Shown here in pieces: positions 44,993 to 55,889 of a stretch of 64,000 nucleotides of DNA. This DNA is from Candidatus Nomurabacteria bacterium. Lineage in GTDB: Bacteria; Patescibacteriota; Minisyncoccia; Phycocordibacterales; UBA9973. Every line of letters starts with the position of its first letter. Position 1 is the first letter of the stretch. The translations under genes and the position numbers were made by a program. The DNA is taken from assembly GCA_016699365.1 (NCBI GenBank), contig CP064973.1, forward strand, positions 507,524 to 571,523. The letters are read 5' to 3'. The notes under the pieces were generated by a model. It did no database searches, was not told the origin of the DNA, and saw only the letters and a list, made by a program, of their open reading frames with translations.

Positions 44993-45034
44993 AAGTGTAA
45001 AGATACCATAGTAAAATGAGTCTTGCAAGGGTTC

Positions 45035-47008
45035 CTAGAGGATACTTCCTGGGTTTATTTCTATTTGTACGTCTAAAGGCAGGCTTGCTAGTTTGGATTC
45101 TATAATAGGGTCCAAATCTTTCTTTTGAGCCAATCTTTCTATAGACCAGGAGTTTTCAGGTATTTTCATGAGAAGAGATACTTTGTATTCATTTTTTCCT
45201 CCTGCAATTACACTTTCCCATATATCAAACTGTACTCCCGAGAACACTTCTTTTAATATATTGGTCACTTCTCCGATTCTTTCCTTTTTACCTTTTGCTG
45301 TAATTTTGAATATCGTTGAATATGGCGGGTAAAAGAAATTTTTTCTATCAGAAAGTTCATTTCTAAAGAATGAGTGTAAAGTTCCGTGCATGTATGCTTC
45401 TAGTACATCCTCTTCACTTCTCGATTGGATGATTAATTCATTTTGTGTATTTACAGATACATCATCTAAAAGTCTTATAACTTTTTCACTAATTGTATAA
45501 GATGGAATCGAAAATAGTGTGTCGAAAGATACAATCACAGACACGGGGACTTTTTTTGTAAAATAGTACATCGCAAGTTCGGTTCCAACCAAGATACTTC
45601 CTGGTGAATTTTCGAATTCCTCTATAAGTGCCACAGCTTCTTTGTGTGATTTTACGCGCTCTTTGTCTATTTGGAATATTTTTCTAGAAGGGAAGCGCTC
45701 TGTTAGTGCTTCAAAAACTCTGTCCGTACCGATTCCTAGAGCTACAAGATTCCAACTTCCACAAGATGAACAGGTTATGTTGGTGCGTTCTTTGTATTTG
45801 CATTTTTGACATATAAATTTTCGCATAGGATCATCATTTTTTTTATCAGACCCAAGTAGGAAAAGTGGAGTTTTGCATTTTGGACAACGAACACGCTCTC
45901 CGCAGTCATTGCAAACAGTTGTGGGGGCAAATCCTTTTCGAAGTGCAAACATAAAAACATTCGTTTTTTCTTTGTCAGTTTTTATTAGTAAGCTTTCTAC
46001 CTCTTCTGAAAATATGAAGCCCTGCTTTTTGTCAGTTTTTATAGAACGGTCTACTAGGGTTACTGATTTTGGTTTTTCGATTCTAAAATTCAAAGGCCGA
46101 ATTTCTAAAAATTCATGTGTTTCAAGTTTATATAGAGTTTCAGAACGGAGTATTGTATCGCATAGCAACAATCTTATTCTGTGGGTGTGTGCATAAAAAT
46201 ACGCTACTGTTCGCATGTCTATATGAGGAGTAGATATAGTCTTGTATGCATCGGAACTCTCGTTCTCTACTATCAGGGTTCCAATATCTTTCCTCGGTAT
46301 ACACAGGAAACTTCCCGTACCTATAATACAAAGAGGATGAGGTTCATCAGTAATTTTTTTGAATGATTTTATCAATACAGAATCTTTTTCTCCGCTATAC
46401 AAAAGCACTGAATGCTCTTCTATGCCACGTGACAAAAAGTCATAAAGTTTTTGTGCGTCGAACCATGTTGGGACCATTATGAAAACTGATTCTTTTCGAG
46501 CAAAAGATTCACGGATGAGTGTTTTGTAGTAGCTCTGTCTCTCGCTTCTAGGTGCCTGCAGAATAAATTTTTCTATAGATTTTTTATCTGTGTTTGCAGT
46601 AGTTGGCTCAGATTTTTTATCTAGTTTTATTTTTTGTACAAATATAGATGGTATAAGCGTGCCAAAAACACTAGGACTACTCGTAGCAAAATATCTTCGA
46701 GTCATCTCCACGACTTCTAGAAATTTTTCATTTAAAAAAGAGTGACCTTTTACACGTAGTATTTTTTTGAGTTTAAAAGAAGCCCTCTTGAATTCTTGTT
46801 TATCAGTTTTTAGATCTTTGCATTCTAGTACGAGTGCATCTATCTCTCTTCTTCCAATTTCAACAACAACCACACTTCCAGGTTCTATAGGATTTGCGGA
46901 AAAGTAAGTCAGTTCTTCTAACTTAGCTACCTTTTTAATTGGGACGACTCGGATGCTGTACATAACTAAAAAATACCATATAGGTTGTTTTCTAACTATT
47001 CTTGCCAA
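45035..47008 (-). CDS. priA: primosomal protein N' (PriA) homolog with degenerate ATPase/helicase motifs
   Basis: N-terminal 3'-DNA-binding domain, then the region aligned to Walker A reads FILQAPRSERQSYYK (E. coli LLAGVTGSGKTEVYL). Motif II reads LIVENESSDAYK (E. coli VIVIDEEHDSSYK). The Cys-rich zinc-binding region is conserved (FAPTTVCNDCG...CPKC...CQKC...CSSCG). Confidence 0.8.
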   Translation of the reverse strand: MARIVRKQPIWYFLVMYSIRVVPIKKVAKLEELTYFSANPIEPGSVVVVEIGRREIDALVLECKDLKTDKQEFKRASFKLKKILRVKGHSFLNEKFLEVVEMTRRYFATSSPSVFGTLIPSIFVQKIKLDKKSEPTTANTDKKSIEKFILQAPRSERQSYYKTLIRESFARKESVFIMVPTWFDAQKLYDFLSRGIEEHSVLLYSGEKDSVLIKSFKKITDEPHPLCIIGTGSFLCIPRKDIGTLIVENESSDAYKTISTPHIDMRTVAYFYAHTHRIRLLLCDTILRSETLYKLETHEFLEIRPLNFRIEKPKSVTLVDRSIKTDKKQGFIFSEEVESLLIKTDKEKTNVFMFALRKGFAPTTVCNDCGERVRCPKCKTPLFLLGSDKKNDDPMRKFICQKCKYKERTNITCSSCGSWNLVALGIGTDRVFEALTERFPSRKIFQIDKERVKSHKEAVALIEEFENSPGSILVGTELAMYYFTKKVPVSVIVSFDTLFSIPSYTISEKVIRLLDDVSVNTQNELIIQSRSEEDVLEAYMHGTLHSFFRNELSDRKNFFYPPYSTIFKITAKGKKERIGEVTNILKEVFSGVQFDIWESVIAGGKNEYKVSLLMKIPENSWSIERLAQKKDLDPIIESKLASLPLDVQIEINPGSIL

Positions 47009-47069
47009 AGTCTATTTTATTCTGTACTATCCGAATTAATATTGCTCACTAAAATAAAACTTAATATAA

Positions 47070-48239
47070 ATGCAAAGATTAACCACAGAGACTAATTTCT
47101 CTACTCACTTGATTGACTCAATCAAGAACGAGGCTGAGCTTGCCATTAGAGCAGGAATATTTCCGGGTTGTGTGATTGGTTTGATTAAACCTAGCGCAAA
47201 TAACGGTAAGGATATCGATGATGTTTTTGATTCACTCATATTGAGTTATGGGGCCTCAAGATACGACCATTCGCCGTTCCTGGGACAGTATTCTGTATAT
47301 GATATTGCAAGTATCACAAAAACTTTCACAGCAATGCTTGCCCTCAAGCTTGTAAATGAAGGTAAAATTTCGCTCGATACAAAGATTGCAAGTATCTTAC
47401 CTTTAGAAGGTGAGCACACAGAAGACGTAACTTTATACCACCTGCTTACTTTTACTGTTGAATTTAATTTGCGTGAAGGTATAGATGTCTTATGGAGTAT
47501 GCCTACAGAAAAAATATTGAATACTATTTTTACTGCAGGGCTTCGAGAAGCTCCCGGGACACATCACCAATATCGAAATTCTACAACCTTACTTCTAGGT
47601 TTAGTAATTGAGACGGTGGTTCAAAAATCAATTGACGTATTGATGAAGGAGGTAATTTTCGAACCTTTTGGGATGCACTACACTACGTATCATCCAAGTG
47701 ACTTTTGCCTGTGGAAAGATGCGATTGTTCCGACTGAATTCGATGAAAAATTTAGAAAGAGAATGATTGTAGGAGAGGTACATGATGAATTGTCTTGGAA
47801 GTTTTATCAGGACAATAAAAGATGTACTGGAGTAGCTGGAGTATTTTCTACACCAAACGACCTTGTGCAGTTTGCAAAAGCAGTGTTGCGAGGATGTCAG
47901 AGTGGTAGATACAAGCTTTACCCAAATGGCTTTCAAGATGAAAGAAATATCGGCATTCAAATGCAAAAGGATCAACTAACTCATTTGCCTGGGCATAGAT
48001 TTGGATTTGGGTGGGATAAATTTTTTCCTGAATATTCACATTGTAAATGTTTCACTGAAAATGCGATTGTGGCTACAGGTTTTACAGGATGTTCAGTAAC
48101 ACTTCATACTGAGAAGAAGCTTGGTATTGTGGTCTGTTCAAACGTTGTGCACCCCAAAAGACGTACTGATAAGGCAATGAAAGAATTCCGTCAGCGTATT
48201 GCAAATCTCGTTGTGTATTGTAAACATTGCGATGATTGA
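47070..48239 (+). CDS. serine hydrolase of the class C beta-lactamase / PBP4*-like esterase family
   Basis: SxxK (ASITKTF), YxN-like and downstream motifs; no signal peptide evident. TGA stop at 48237-48239. Confidence 0.65.
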   Translation: MQRLTTETNFSTHLIDSIKNEAELAIRAGIFPGCVIGLIKPSANNGKDIDDVFDSLILSYGASRYDHSPFLGQYSVYDIASITKTFTAMLALKLVNEGKISLDTKIASILPLEGEHTEDVTLYHLLTFTVEFNLREGIDVLWSMPTEKILNTIFTAGLREAPGTHHQYRNSTTLLLGLVIETVVQKSIDVLMKEVIFEPFGMHYTTYHPSDFCLWKDAIVPTEFDEKFRKRMIVGEVHDELSWKFYQDNKRCTGVAGVFSTPNDLVQFAKAVLRGCQSGRYKLYPNGFQDERNIGIQMQKDQLTHLPGHRFGFGWDKFFPEYSHCKCFTENAIVATGFTGCSVTLHTEKKLGIVVCSNVVHPKRRTDKAMKEFRQRIANLVVYCKHCDD

Positions 48240-48287
48240 TTTTATAAACGACTCGAAAAAGAGTCGTTTTTTTGTTATTATTTCCTT

Positions 48288-49787
48288 ATGTTACCTGAAG
48301 CAGAAAAATATTATGGTGAAAAACTTAGAGTCTTGGCGGATGCGGATATTAGAAGTGCAAGGAGAAACGAACCAGAGGGTATATCTGAGATAAAAAAAGT
48401 TCACCTCACAGGTGTTTGTGGTACTGCTATGGGATCACTCGCGGGACTTTTTCAAGAGGCGGGGTATGAAGTAAGTGGAAGTGACGAAAAATGTTATCCG
48501 CCGATGAGCGATTTTATAAAAGACAATAACATAAAATTTTATGAAGGATTCGATGCTGGCAATGTTGTAGGAAAAGATTTGTCAGTAACTGCAAATATGT
48601 TCGGTGCAGATAATATAGAAGCAGTGGTAGTGAGGAATAATTTTTTACCACAGCTTTCGATGGCTAGCGCAATCAACAAATTTTTCATTAGAGATAGAAA
48701 ATCATTGGTGGTTTGTGGTACGCATGGCAAAACTACGACAACAGGATTACTCGAACATGTTTTTACTGTGTGTGGTAGGGATCCAGGATATTTAGTAGGA
48801 GGAATACCTGTGGGGAGTGAAAAAAGTTATCATGTAGGTTCTGGTGAATATTTCATAATTGAAGGAGATGAATATGATACTTCATATTTTGATAAGAGTC
48901 CGAAATTTTTACACTACAATCCATATATCGCTATAGTTACCTCTATAGAACTTGATCATGTAGATATATATAGAGACTTGGAAGACTACAAACAGGCTTT
49001 TAGATTTTTAGCACAGATTGTAAAACCAGAAGGCTTGTTAATCTTGTGCAAAGAAAATTTAAATACTTTGGAACTTATGAATTTCACAAAAGCAAAAGTT
49101 GTAACTTATGGTTTTGATGAAAGTGCAAATATTTTTGCAAAAGATATAAAAAACGATGAGTCTGGTCAGAGTGCAGATATATATATGAATAAGGTTTTAC
49201 TAGGCAGGATAACAACACCTTTGTTTGGTAAATACAACTTACTCAATACTCTATCTGTTATAACAGCTGCGCTCCATGAAGGCATAGATTTTGAAAATAT
49301 CTCGCATTCGTTGAAACTTTTTAATGGGATGAAAAGACGGCAGGAAATAATAGGAATTGTAAACGGAATTACAGTTATAGATGATTTTGCACATCATCCG
49401 ACTGCTGTACGAGAGACACTCTCTGGGATAAGAGAAAGATTTTTAGGCAGAAGAATCGTGGTTTTCTTTGAACCTCGTTCAGTCACTAGTAGAAGGAAAA
49501 TATTTGAAGCTGATTACGCTAGTTCATTTGGAAATGCTGACATGATATTTTTATCTACACCTGCTCTCCGCAGCGTAGATGATCCAAAAGATTTTATTGA
49601 TCCAAATATTGTAGCAGGATTGATAAGAGAAAAAGGTAAACAGGTTTATGCATTGAATAATGCCGGTGAAGTTTTAGAGAAAGCACTTCCTTTATTGAAG
49701 TCAGATGATGTTGTTGTAATTATGAGCAATAGTTCATTTGATGGAATACACAAAAAACTCCTAGAAAAATTAAAAGACCTCAATTGA
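48288..49787 (+). CDS. Mur ligase family protein, Mpl/MurC-like (UDP-N-acetylmuramate-L-Ala or murein tripeptide ligase)
   Basis: HLTGVCGTAMGSLAGLFQEAGYEVSGSDEKCYPPMS parallels the Mpl N-terminus; ATP-binding GTHGKTTTT; TGA stop inside a palindrome at 49775-49795. Confidence 0.75.
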   Translation: MLPEAEKYYGEKLRVLADADIRSARRNEPEGISEIKKVHLTGVCGTAMGSLAGLFQEAGYEVSGSDEKCYPPMSDFIKDNNIKFYEGFDAGNVVGKDLSVTANMFGADNIEAVVVRNNFLPQLSMASAINKFFIRDRKSLVVCGTHGKTTTTGLLEHVFTVCGRDPGYLVGGIPVGSEKSYHVGSGEYFIIEGDEYDTSYFDKSPKFLHYNPYIAIVTSIELDHVDIYRDLEDYKQAFRFLAQIVKPEGLLILCKENLNTLELMNFTKAKVVTYGFDESANIFAKDIKNDESGQSADIYMNKVLLGRITTPLFGKYNLLNTLSVITAALHEGIDFENISHSLKLFNGMKRRQEIIGIVNGITVIDDFAHHPTAVRETLSGIRERFLGRRIVVFFEPRSVTSRRKIFEADYASSFGNADMIFLSTPALRSVDDPKDFIDPNIVAGLIREKGKQVYALNNAGEVLEKALPLLKSDDVVVIMSNSSFDGIHKKLLEKLKDLN

Positions 49788-49798
49788 GGTCTTTGTTT

Positions 49799-50437
49799 TT
49801 ATTTTGTCACAAGCCATGCACGTGACCAGATTCGGCACACGCCATAGTAATTGTTTTCTACCATAAAGCCGAAGGAGAGCTCTTCTCGCATAAAGTCGCC
49901 GTCTCCGCCAAATTTCCCATCAAGTTTTGGGCTATCAGAAAAGCTTGTCCCCCAATTTCCTCGTTCACTTTCGATAAATGTATAGAGTAGGTCACCTATA
50001 GATAATTCTTGTTCAGGGAATGATTCGTATTCTTGTTCATCAATTACATGGAACATAAACTGAAGTGCAAATTTTGGGACAACTCGCATTTGAAGCAGGA
50101 ATCCATCGGATTGGGGATCTCTGGATTCTTCAATGAAGACCGAATAATCTTTATCGTTTGAATTAACTTCAGTTATACGCAAGAGTGCACCGAAGTCTTC
50201 TTCGGTGATTTCGTTACCAAAATAAACATATCCGCCCGTAGCCTCTTGTGGAGGTGCGGATTTAAATGGATTGGGTACATTTTTGTTTTGATATCCATAC
50301 ACTCCATTTCCTGAAGGTAATAATTTAGATAAATCTCCTGGCTGTGTTTTTACACGTGCATTGGGCCATATTAGTGGAGAAATTTTTACTTTTCCTCCAA
50401 GGTCAAAAATTAGTCTTGTTCCTTTATCTTTTTCCAT
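49799..50437 (-). CDS. hypothetical protein (212 aa)
   Basis: Intact ORF divergent from mreB; no recognisable motif. Confidence 0.45.
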   Translation of the reverse strand: MEKDKGTRLIFDLGGKVKISPLIWPNARVKTQPGDLSKLLPSGNGVYGYQNKNVPNPFKSAPPQEATGGYVYFGNEITEEDFGALLRITEVNSNDKDYSVFIEESRDPQSDGFLLQMRVVPKFALQFMFHVIDEQEYESFPEQELSIGDLLYTFIESERGNWGTSFSDSPKLDGKFGGDGDFMREELSFGFMVENNYYGVCRIWSRAWLVTK

Positions 50438-50500
50438 AATAACAATTTTCTACATTATACATATTTTATTAAATTTGTCAAAAATATAATTAGAAATTTT

Positions 50501-50511
50501 TAAGTATGCTA
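50501..50511 (+). promoter_or_regulatory. extended -10 element TGCTATACT upstream of mreB
   Basis: agtatgctatactatcgggactg ATG. Confidence 0.45.
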
Positions 50512-50525
50512 TACTATCGGGACTG

Positions 50526-51539
50526 ATGGGATTTTTTTCTAAAAAATTGGGTATAGATTTAGGAACCGCGAACACGCTCGTGTTTGTACCAGGCAAGGGG
50601 ATCGTCTTGAACGAACCTTCTGTTGTGGCTGTTTCAGAGATAGACAACAAAATTTTGGCTGTGGGCAATGATGCCAAAGACATGATAGGACGAACTCCAG
50701 ATAGTATTATCGCGTACCGTCCAATGAAAGATGGAGTGATAGCAGACTATAGAGTTACGGAAGCGATGCTTCGATACTTTATAAGCAAGGCTCTTGGGAA
50801 GTGGAACTTCATAAAACCAGAAGTTATGATCTCAGTTCCAGCAGGTGTGACATCAACAGAGCGTCGTGCGGTCGTAGAAGCTGCAATCAAGGCTGGAGCA
50901 AAAAGTGCATATGTTGTGAAGGAGCCGATACTTGCTGCAATTGGTGCAGGTATTCCGATTCACGAATCTCGTGGATACATGATTGTTGATATTGGTGGAG
51001 GTACTACAGACGTTGCTGTGATATCACTTGGAGGTATAGTGTCATGTACTTCGGTTAAATGCGCTGGAAATAAAATCGATGCCGCAATCGCTGATTATAT
51101 AAAGAAAAAGTTTTCACTTGCTATTGGAGACAAGACCGCAGAAGAAGTAAAAATAAATATAGGTGCAGCGGTTATGCTTGAAGAAGAATTCACTATGACA
51201 ATAAAAGGTAGAGACTTTATCCAAGGCCTTCCTCGTACTGCTCAAGTTTCAACAAATGAAATTGTAAAAGCTATAGATGCAGAATTGAAGCAAATGGTTC
51301 GCGCAATCAAAGATGTATTACAAGAAACTCCACCTGAACTTGCAGCAGATATTATCGATCAGGGTATTATCATGACAGGAGGATCTTCCATGCTCAGGTC
51401 TCTGCCCGATCTCGTATATAGAAAGACTGGAGTAAAGGCACGGTTAGCCGATGACGCTCTATATTGTGTAGTAAAGGGAACAGGTGTAGCGCTAAACCAT
51501 CTAGATACATACAAGAAAGCAATTATTTCAAAAAGATAA
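50526..51539 (+). CDS. mreB: rod shape-determining protein MreB
   Basis: GIDLGTANTLVFV ... DIGGGTTDVAVIS ... GGSSML. Confidence 0.95.
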   Translation: MGFFSKKLGIDLGTANTLVFVPGKGIVLNEPSVVAVSEIDNKILAVGNDAKDMIGRTPDSIIAYRPMKDGVIADYRVTEAMLRYFISKALGKWNFIKPEVMISVPAGVTSTERRAVVEAAIKAGAKSAYVVKEPILAAIGAGIPIHESRGYMIVDIGGGTTDVAVISLGGIVSCTSVKCAGNKIDAAIADYIKKKFSLAIGDKTAEEVKINIGAAVMLEEEFTMTIKGRDFIQGLPRTAQVSTNEIVKAIDAELKQMVRAIKDVLQETPPELAADIIDQGIIMTGGSSMLRSLPDLVYRKTGVKARLADDALYCVVKGTGVALNHLDTYKKAIISKR

Positions 51540-51540
51540 A

Positions 51541-52239
51541 ATGCTCAAAGTATTTTTTGAAAATATCACCCTCGATAAACTAGACTCCACTCTTATTGTA
51601 GAAGGAGACAAGGATCAGGTTCTAGATATAATAAAAAATTTCTTAGATAAGTCTGGTATAAGCTGTATAGGCAATCCAGATGTTTCGATAGAAGATTTCT
51701 CAACTTTTACTGTTGAAGATGCAGAAGATTTGTTTGCTCGTTCAAATCTACTATCCTATTCAGGTAAAAAATCTTTCAATATATTTTATTGCGCATCCAT
51801 GACATCTGAGGCAATGAATAAAATTTTGAAACTTTTCGAAGATCCTAAAAAAGACAAACATTTTATATTAGTAGTTCCTAGAAAGATAGATATATTGCCG
51901 ACTCTTTTATCTAGAGCGACAGTGCTCACACTCTCAGGAGAAAAAATTGATAAAAATGCAGAAGAATTTTTAAGCATGAGTATTTCTGATAGATTGGAAT
52001 TTATAGTTTCTTTTCTGGATAAATTTGAAGATGAAGAGGATACTGGAATCAAGAGAGATAGCGTAGTCAGAGTACTAGATTCAATAGAAATTATTTTAAA
52101 TAAATCTGGAGGTGTCGCAGACAATATAAATTCTTTAAAATTGATATCCAAGTACAAGAATTATCTTAGACTTAGGGGTTCAAATCCAAAAATGCTACTT
52201 GAACATCTTGCTCTAGTTTTACCTAAAATACCCGCTTAG
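51541..52239 (+). CDS. holB: DNA polymerase III clamp-loader delta'/delta-like subunit (no Walker A)
   Basis: NKILKLFEDPKKDKHFILVVPRKIDILPTLLSRATVL parallels the delta' signature ALLKTLEEPP..FIL......LLPTIRSRC. Confidence 0.5.
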   Translation: MLKVFFENITLDKLDSTLIVEGDKDQVLDIIKNFLDKSGISCIGNPDVSIEDFSTFTVEDAEDLFARSNLLSYSGKKSFNIFYCASMTSEAMNKILKLFEDPKKDKHFILVVPRKIDILPTLLSRATVLTLSGEKIDKNAEEFLSMSISDRLEFIVSFLDKFEDEEDTGIKRDSVVRVLDSIEIILNKSGGVADNINSLKLISKYKNYLRLRGSNPKMLLEHLALVLPKIPA

Positions 52240-52269
52240 AATTAATAAAAAATATGTTACAATAGTCCC

Positions 52270-52806
52270 ATGTATTCAATAGACACATTTTCACAAAACG
52301 CAAAAAAAGCCGGCGAATGGCTCTTAAAAGAATATTCACAAATTCACACTGGACGAGCTAGTCCAACTGTTTTAGATGGGGTTAGTGCAGAAGCCTATGG
52401 AGTTTTTCAGCCTTTAAAAAATATTTCATCTATAACTATCGAAGATCCGAAAACTCTACGTGTTGTACCTTGGGACAAGACTTTAGTTAAGGTTATAGAA
52501 AAAGCCTTACAGTCTGCAGATATAGGTTTGTCTGTTGCGACAGATGATTCTGGTATTCGAGTTATATTTCCTGCACTTACAACCGAGAACAGAACAAAGT
52601 TAGTAAAAATTCTAAAAGAAAAACTAGAAGATGCTCGTATAACAATACGCAAAGAGCGTGAAGAGGCTATTAGTCAGATGGAAGCTGACAATCTACCAGA
52701 AGATCAAGAGTTTCGAATGAAGGAAGACTTACAAAAGAAAGTTGGTGAAGCAAACGCAAATCTAGAAGCTATATTCAATAAAAAAGAAGCGGAAGTAATG
52801 AACTAA
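52270..52806 (+). CDS. frr: ribosome recycling factor
   Basis: Full-length RRF pattern (HTGRASPTVLDGV ... IRVIFPALTTENRTKL ... IRKEREEA). Confidence 0.9.
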   Translation: MYSIDTFSQNAKKAGEWLLKEYSQIHTGRASPTVLDGVSAEAYGVFQPLKNISSITIEDPKTLRVVPWDKTLVKVIEKALQSADIGLSVATDDSGIRVIFPALTTENRTKLVKILKEKLEDARITIRKEREEAISQMEADNLPEDQEFRMKEDLQKKVGEANANLEAIFNKKEAEVMN

Positions 52807-52812
52807 TATCGT

Positions 52813-53910
52813 ATGTCTATAATAATCTTTATTCTCGTTTTACTAATACTAGTCTTAGTTCATGAGTTGGGACATTTTCTTGTCGCAAAGCGTTTTGGAA
52901 TTCGCGTTGATGAATTTGGTTTTGGTTTTCCACCTCGTGCTAAAACTCTTTTTAAAAAAGGTGAGACTATATACAGCTTGAACTGGATTCCTTTCGGTGG
53001 TTTCGTAAAGATTTTTGGTCAAGACCGAGATGATGAATCAGTGAATGGCGTAGACAAGGATAGAGCCATGATAAACAAGCCTGCATACGTACAGGCTCTC
53101 GTACTTGTAGCAGGAGTTGTTTTCAATCTGGTTTTGGCATGGATTTTGTTTACTGTTGGGTTTGCAAGTGGCATGCCTACTTCCTCTAGCTCATTGCCTA
53201 AAAATACAATTCTTGAAAATCCTTCACTCATGATCACGGATGTTTTAAAAGATTCTCCTGCGCACGTAGCCGGACTTATGCCGGGCGATAAAATTCTTTC
53301 GCTTTCTTCAGGAGAGGAAATATTAGACGGGCTCATAACTCCGACTGAGCTTCAGACTTTTATACAAGCACATGAAGATAGCTCTATATCTGTAACTCAT
53401 GATGATGGAAAAGAAATCAAGGTTGCTGAAATAATTCCAGAAACCAATGACTCTGGTAAAAAAGTAATTGGTATTTCTATGGATACAGTTGGAATTGTGA
53501 AGCTTCCTTTTTTCCGAGCAGTAGCTGAAGGTGCTAGATATACAGCTATTACTACTTGGGGAACAGTTGTTGGGTTTTACACACTTATTCACGATGCAGT
53601 TGTTGGCTCAGGAGATATTAGTTCTGTAACTGGTCCAGTTGGAATAGTAAAGATCGTTGGCTCAGCTTATGATATTGGTTTTATATATTTGCTTTCTTTT
53701 ACTGCAATAATCTCTGTAAACTTGGCGGTTATAAATCTTATTCCATTCCCAGCACTCGATGGAGGAAGATTACTATTTTTACTTATTGAAAAGATAAAAG
53801 GTTCTAGTATAAATCAGAAATTTGCGAATACAGCAAACTTTGTAGGGTTCTGTATTCTAATAGGACTCATGCTTATTGTGACTTATCACGATATAGTAAA
53901 GTTGTTCTAA
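52813..53910 (+). CDS. rseP: RIP metalloprotease RseP (site-2 protease)
   Basis: HELGHFLVAKRFG (HExxH), a PDZ segment, LDG motif (PFPALDGGRL). Confidence 0.85.
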   Translation: MSIIIFILVLLILVLVHELGHFLVAKRFGIRVDEFGFGFPPRAKTLFKKGETIYSLNWIPFGGFVKIFGQDRDDESVNGVDKDRAMINKPAYVQALVLVAGVVFNLVLAWILFTVGFASGMPTSSSSLPKNTILENPSLMITDVLKDSPAHVAGLMPGDKILSLSSGEEILDGLITPTELQTFIQAHEDSSISVTHDDGKEIKVAEIIPETNDSGKKVIGISMDTVGIVKLPFFRAVAEGARYTAITTWGTVVGFYTLIHDAVVGSGDISSVTGPVGIVKIVGSAYDIGFIYLLSFTAIISVNLAVINLIPFPALDGGRLLFLLIEKIKGSSINQKFANTANFVGFCILIGLMLIVTYHDIVKLF

Positions 53911-53996
53911 TTTTTACTATTGCTAAAACTCAAAAATATTGGTAAAGTATAAATGCCTTAAATCTCGGGCATTTTATTTTTATACTCACAAAACTC

Positions 53997-55775
53997 ATGT
54001 CAATCAGAAACATTGCAATCATCGCACACGTGGACCATGGAAAGACAACTCTTGTAGACGCTCTCATGCGCCAGGCAGGAATGTTTGAAGTTGGTTCATC
54101 TATGGACTCAAACGCTCTAGAACAAGAGCGTGGTATTACTATATATTCTAAAAATACGTCTCTTATATATAAAGGAACAAAAATCAATATAGTTGATACA
54201 CCAGGTCACGCGGACTTCGGGTCTGAAGTTGAGCGCGTACTCCGTGCAGTGGATTCAGTTGTTTTGCTTGTTGATGCGCAGGAAGGTCCTATGCCACAAA
54301 CTCGTTTCGTATTGAAGAAATCTCTAGAGTTAGGTCTAAAGCCGATTGTTGTCATAAACAAAATAGATAAACCAGCTGCTGATATAAATCGCGTACACGA
54401 TCAAGTACTTGAGCTTTTTATAGAACTCGGTGCAGATGAGTCACAGATAGATTTCCCGACTCTATATGCTATTGGTCGTGATGGTATTGCAAAGAAAAAT
54501 ATAACAGATGATTCAAAAGATCTATCTCCACTACTAGATACAATTTTAGAAAAAGTTCCAGAAGCTAGTACGAAAGCTGGTGAGCCTTTTCGCGCGCAGG
54601 TTTTCAACCTAGCATATGACAATTTCCTAGGACGTCTAGCTTTGGTGCGTATATATTCTGGAAGTATGAAAACAGGGAAGTCTATATTTGTTAGATTGCC
54701 TGATGGAGAAGTTCGTACTGCTAAAATCACAAAGTTGAATACATTTGAAGGCTTGGTTCGCAAAGAAGTTCCAGAAATATTTGCAGGCGATATCGCCATG
54801 ATAGCTGGAATCAGCGATGTGTATATTGGTGAGACTATAAGTGAAGAAGCAAATGCAGAAGCACTACCAGCGATTGGTATAGACGAACCTACTATTTCCC
54901 TAGATTTCTTTGTAAACGATTCACCTTTTGCAGGACGTGAAGGTAAGTTCGTAACTAGTCGTCAGATTCGTGAACGTCTAGAAAAAGAACTTGAAATAAA
55001 CGTTGGACTAAAAATTGATTTCAACAACATGGACAAGCTTACAGTCTTTGGTCGTGGAGAACTCCATATCGCAGTATTGCTTGAGACAATGCGTCGTGAA
55101 GGTTTTGAACTTTCTGTGTCACAGCCACACGTAATCGTGAAGCATGAAAACGGCGTTGACCTTGAACCATTCGAAGAAGTTATAGTGGATGTCCCAGTTG
55201 AGAGTGCGAGTGCGGTTATAGAGAAACTTACAAAGCGTCGTGCTTCTATGACTGAAATGCATGAAAAGGATGGTATAAATCGTCTCGTATTTGAGATGCC
55301 TACAAGAGGTCTGCTTGGATATCGTGGACAATTCGTGATCGATACAAAAGGTGAGGGGATTATATCTTCACGTGTTCTAGGGTTTAAGCCTTATGCAGGT
55401 GAAATAAAACTTCGTGAAGTTGGATCTATGACTTCAATGATATCTGGAAAAGCTGCAGGGTATGCGCTGTGGAATCTTCAAGATAGAGGAGTTCTATATA
55501 TTGGTCACGGTACAGAAATATACGAAGGTATGGTTATTGGTAATACTTCAAAGGGTGATGAGATGGCAGTGAATCCTATCAAGGGTAAAAATCTTACAAA
55601 CGTGCGCTCATCTGGAAACGATGAAGCTATTGTTCTAAAGCCACCATTTACTTTGTCTATAGAAAGAGGTCTTGAGACAATGAGTGATGATGAATTTTTA
55701 GAGATAACTCCAAAATCTATACGTCTTCGCAAGAAGTGTCTAACAGAGCAAGATAGAATAAAATCCAATAGATAG
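53997..55775 (+). CDS. typA: translational GTPase TypA/BipA
   Basis: [21 protein letters not shown] ... DTPGHADF ... NKIDK; EF-G-like domains; C-terminal BipA-specific domain. Confidence 0.95.
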   Translation: MSIRNIAIIAHVDHGKTTLVDALMRQAGMFEVGSSMDSNALEQERGITIYSKNTSLIYKGTKINIVDTPGHADFGSEVERVLRAVDSVVLLVDAQEGPMPQTRFVLKKSLELGLKPIVVINKIDKPAADINRVHDQVLELFIELGADESQIDFPTLYAIGRDGIAKKNITDDSKDLSPLLDTILEKVPEASTKAGEPFRAQVFNLAYDNFLGRLALVRIYSGSMKTGKSIFVRLPDGEVRTAKITKLNTFEGLVRKEVPEIFAGDIAMIAGISDVYIGETISEEANAEALPAIGIDEPTISLDFFVNDSPFAGREGKFVTSRQIRERLEKELEINVGLKIDFNNMDKLTVFGRGELHIAVLLETMRREGFELSVSQPHVIVKHENGVDLEPFEEVIVDVPVESASAVIEKLTKRRASMTEMHEKDGINRLVFEMPTRGLLGYRGQFVIDTKGEGIISSRVLGFKPYAGEIKLREVGSMTSMISGKAAGYALWNLQDRGVLYIGHGTEIYEGMVIGNTSKGDEMAVNPIKGKNLTNVRSSGNDEAIVLKPPFTLSIERGLETMSDDEFLEITPKSIRLRKKCLTEQDRIKSNR

Positions 55776-55823
55776 TGGATATTGTCCGGTTTTCCACAGT
55801 CCTTGACTAATTTATTGACTTCT

Positions 55824-55853
55824 GTTATATTCTAAAGTATAGTTTAGATACAA
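55824..55853 (+). promoter_or_regulatory. promoter TTGACT-17-TATATT with TGt extended -10
   Basis: ccttgactaatttattgacttctgttatattct lies upstream of the 55890 gene. Confidence 0.45.
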
Positions 55854-55889
55854 TTTTAATTAATTTTAAACATTTTAAAGAAAAAAAGT

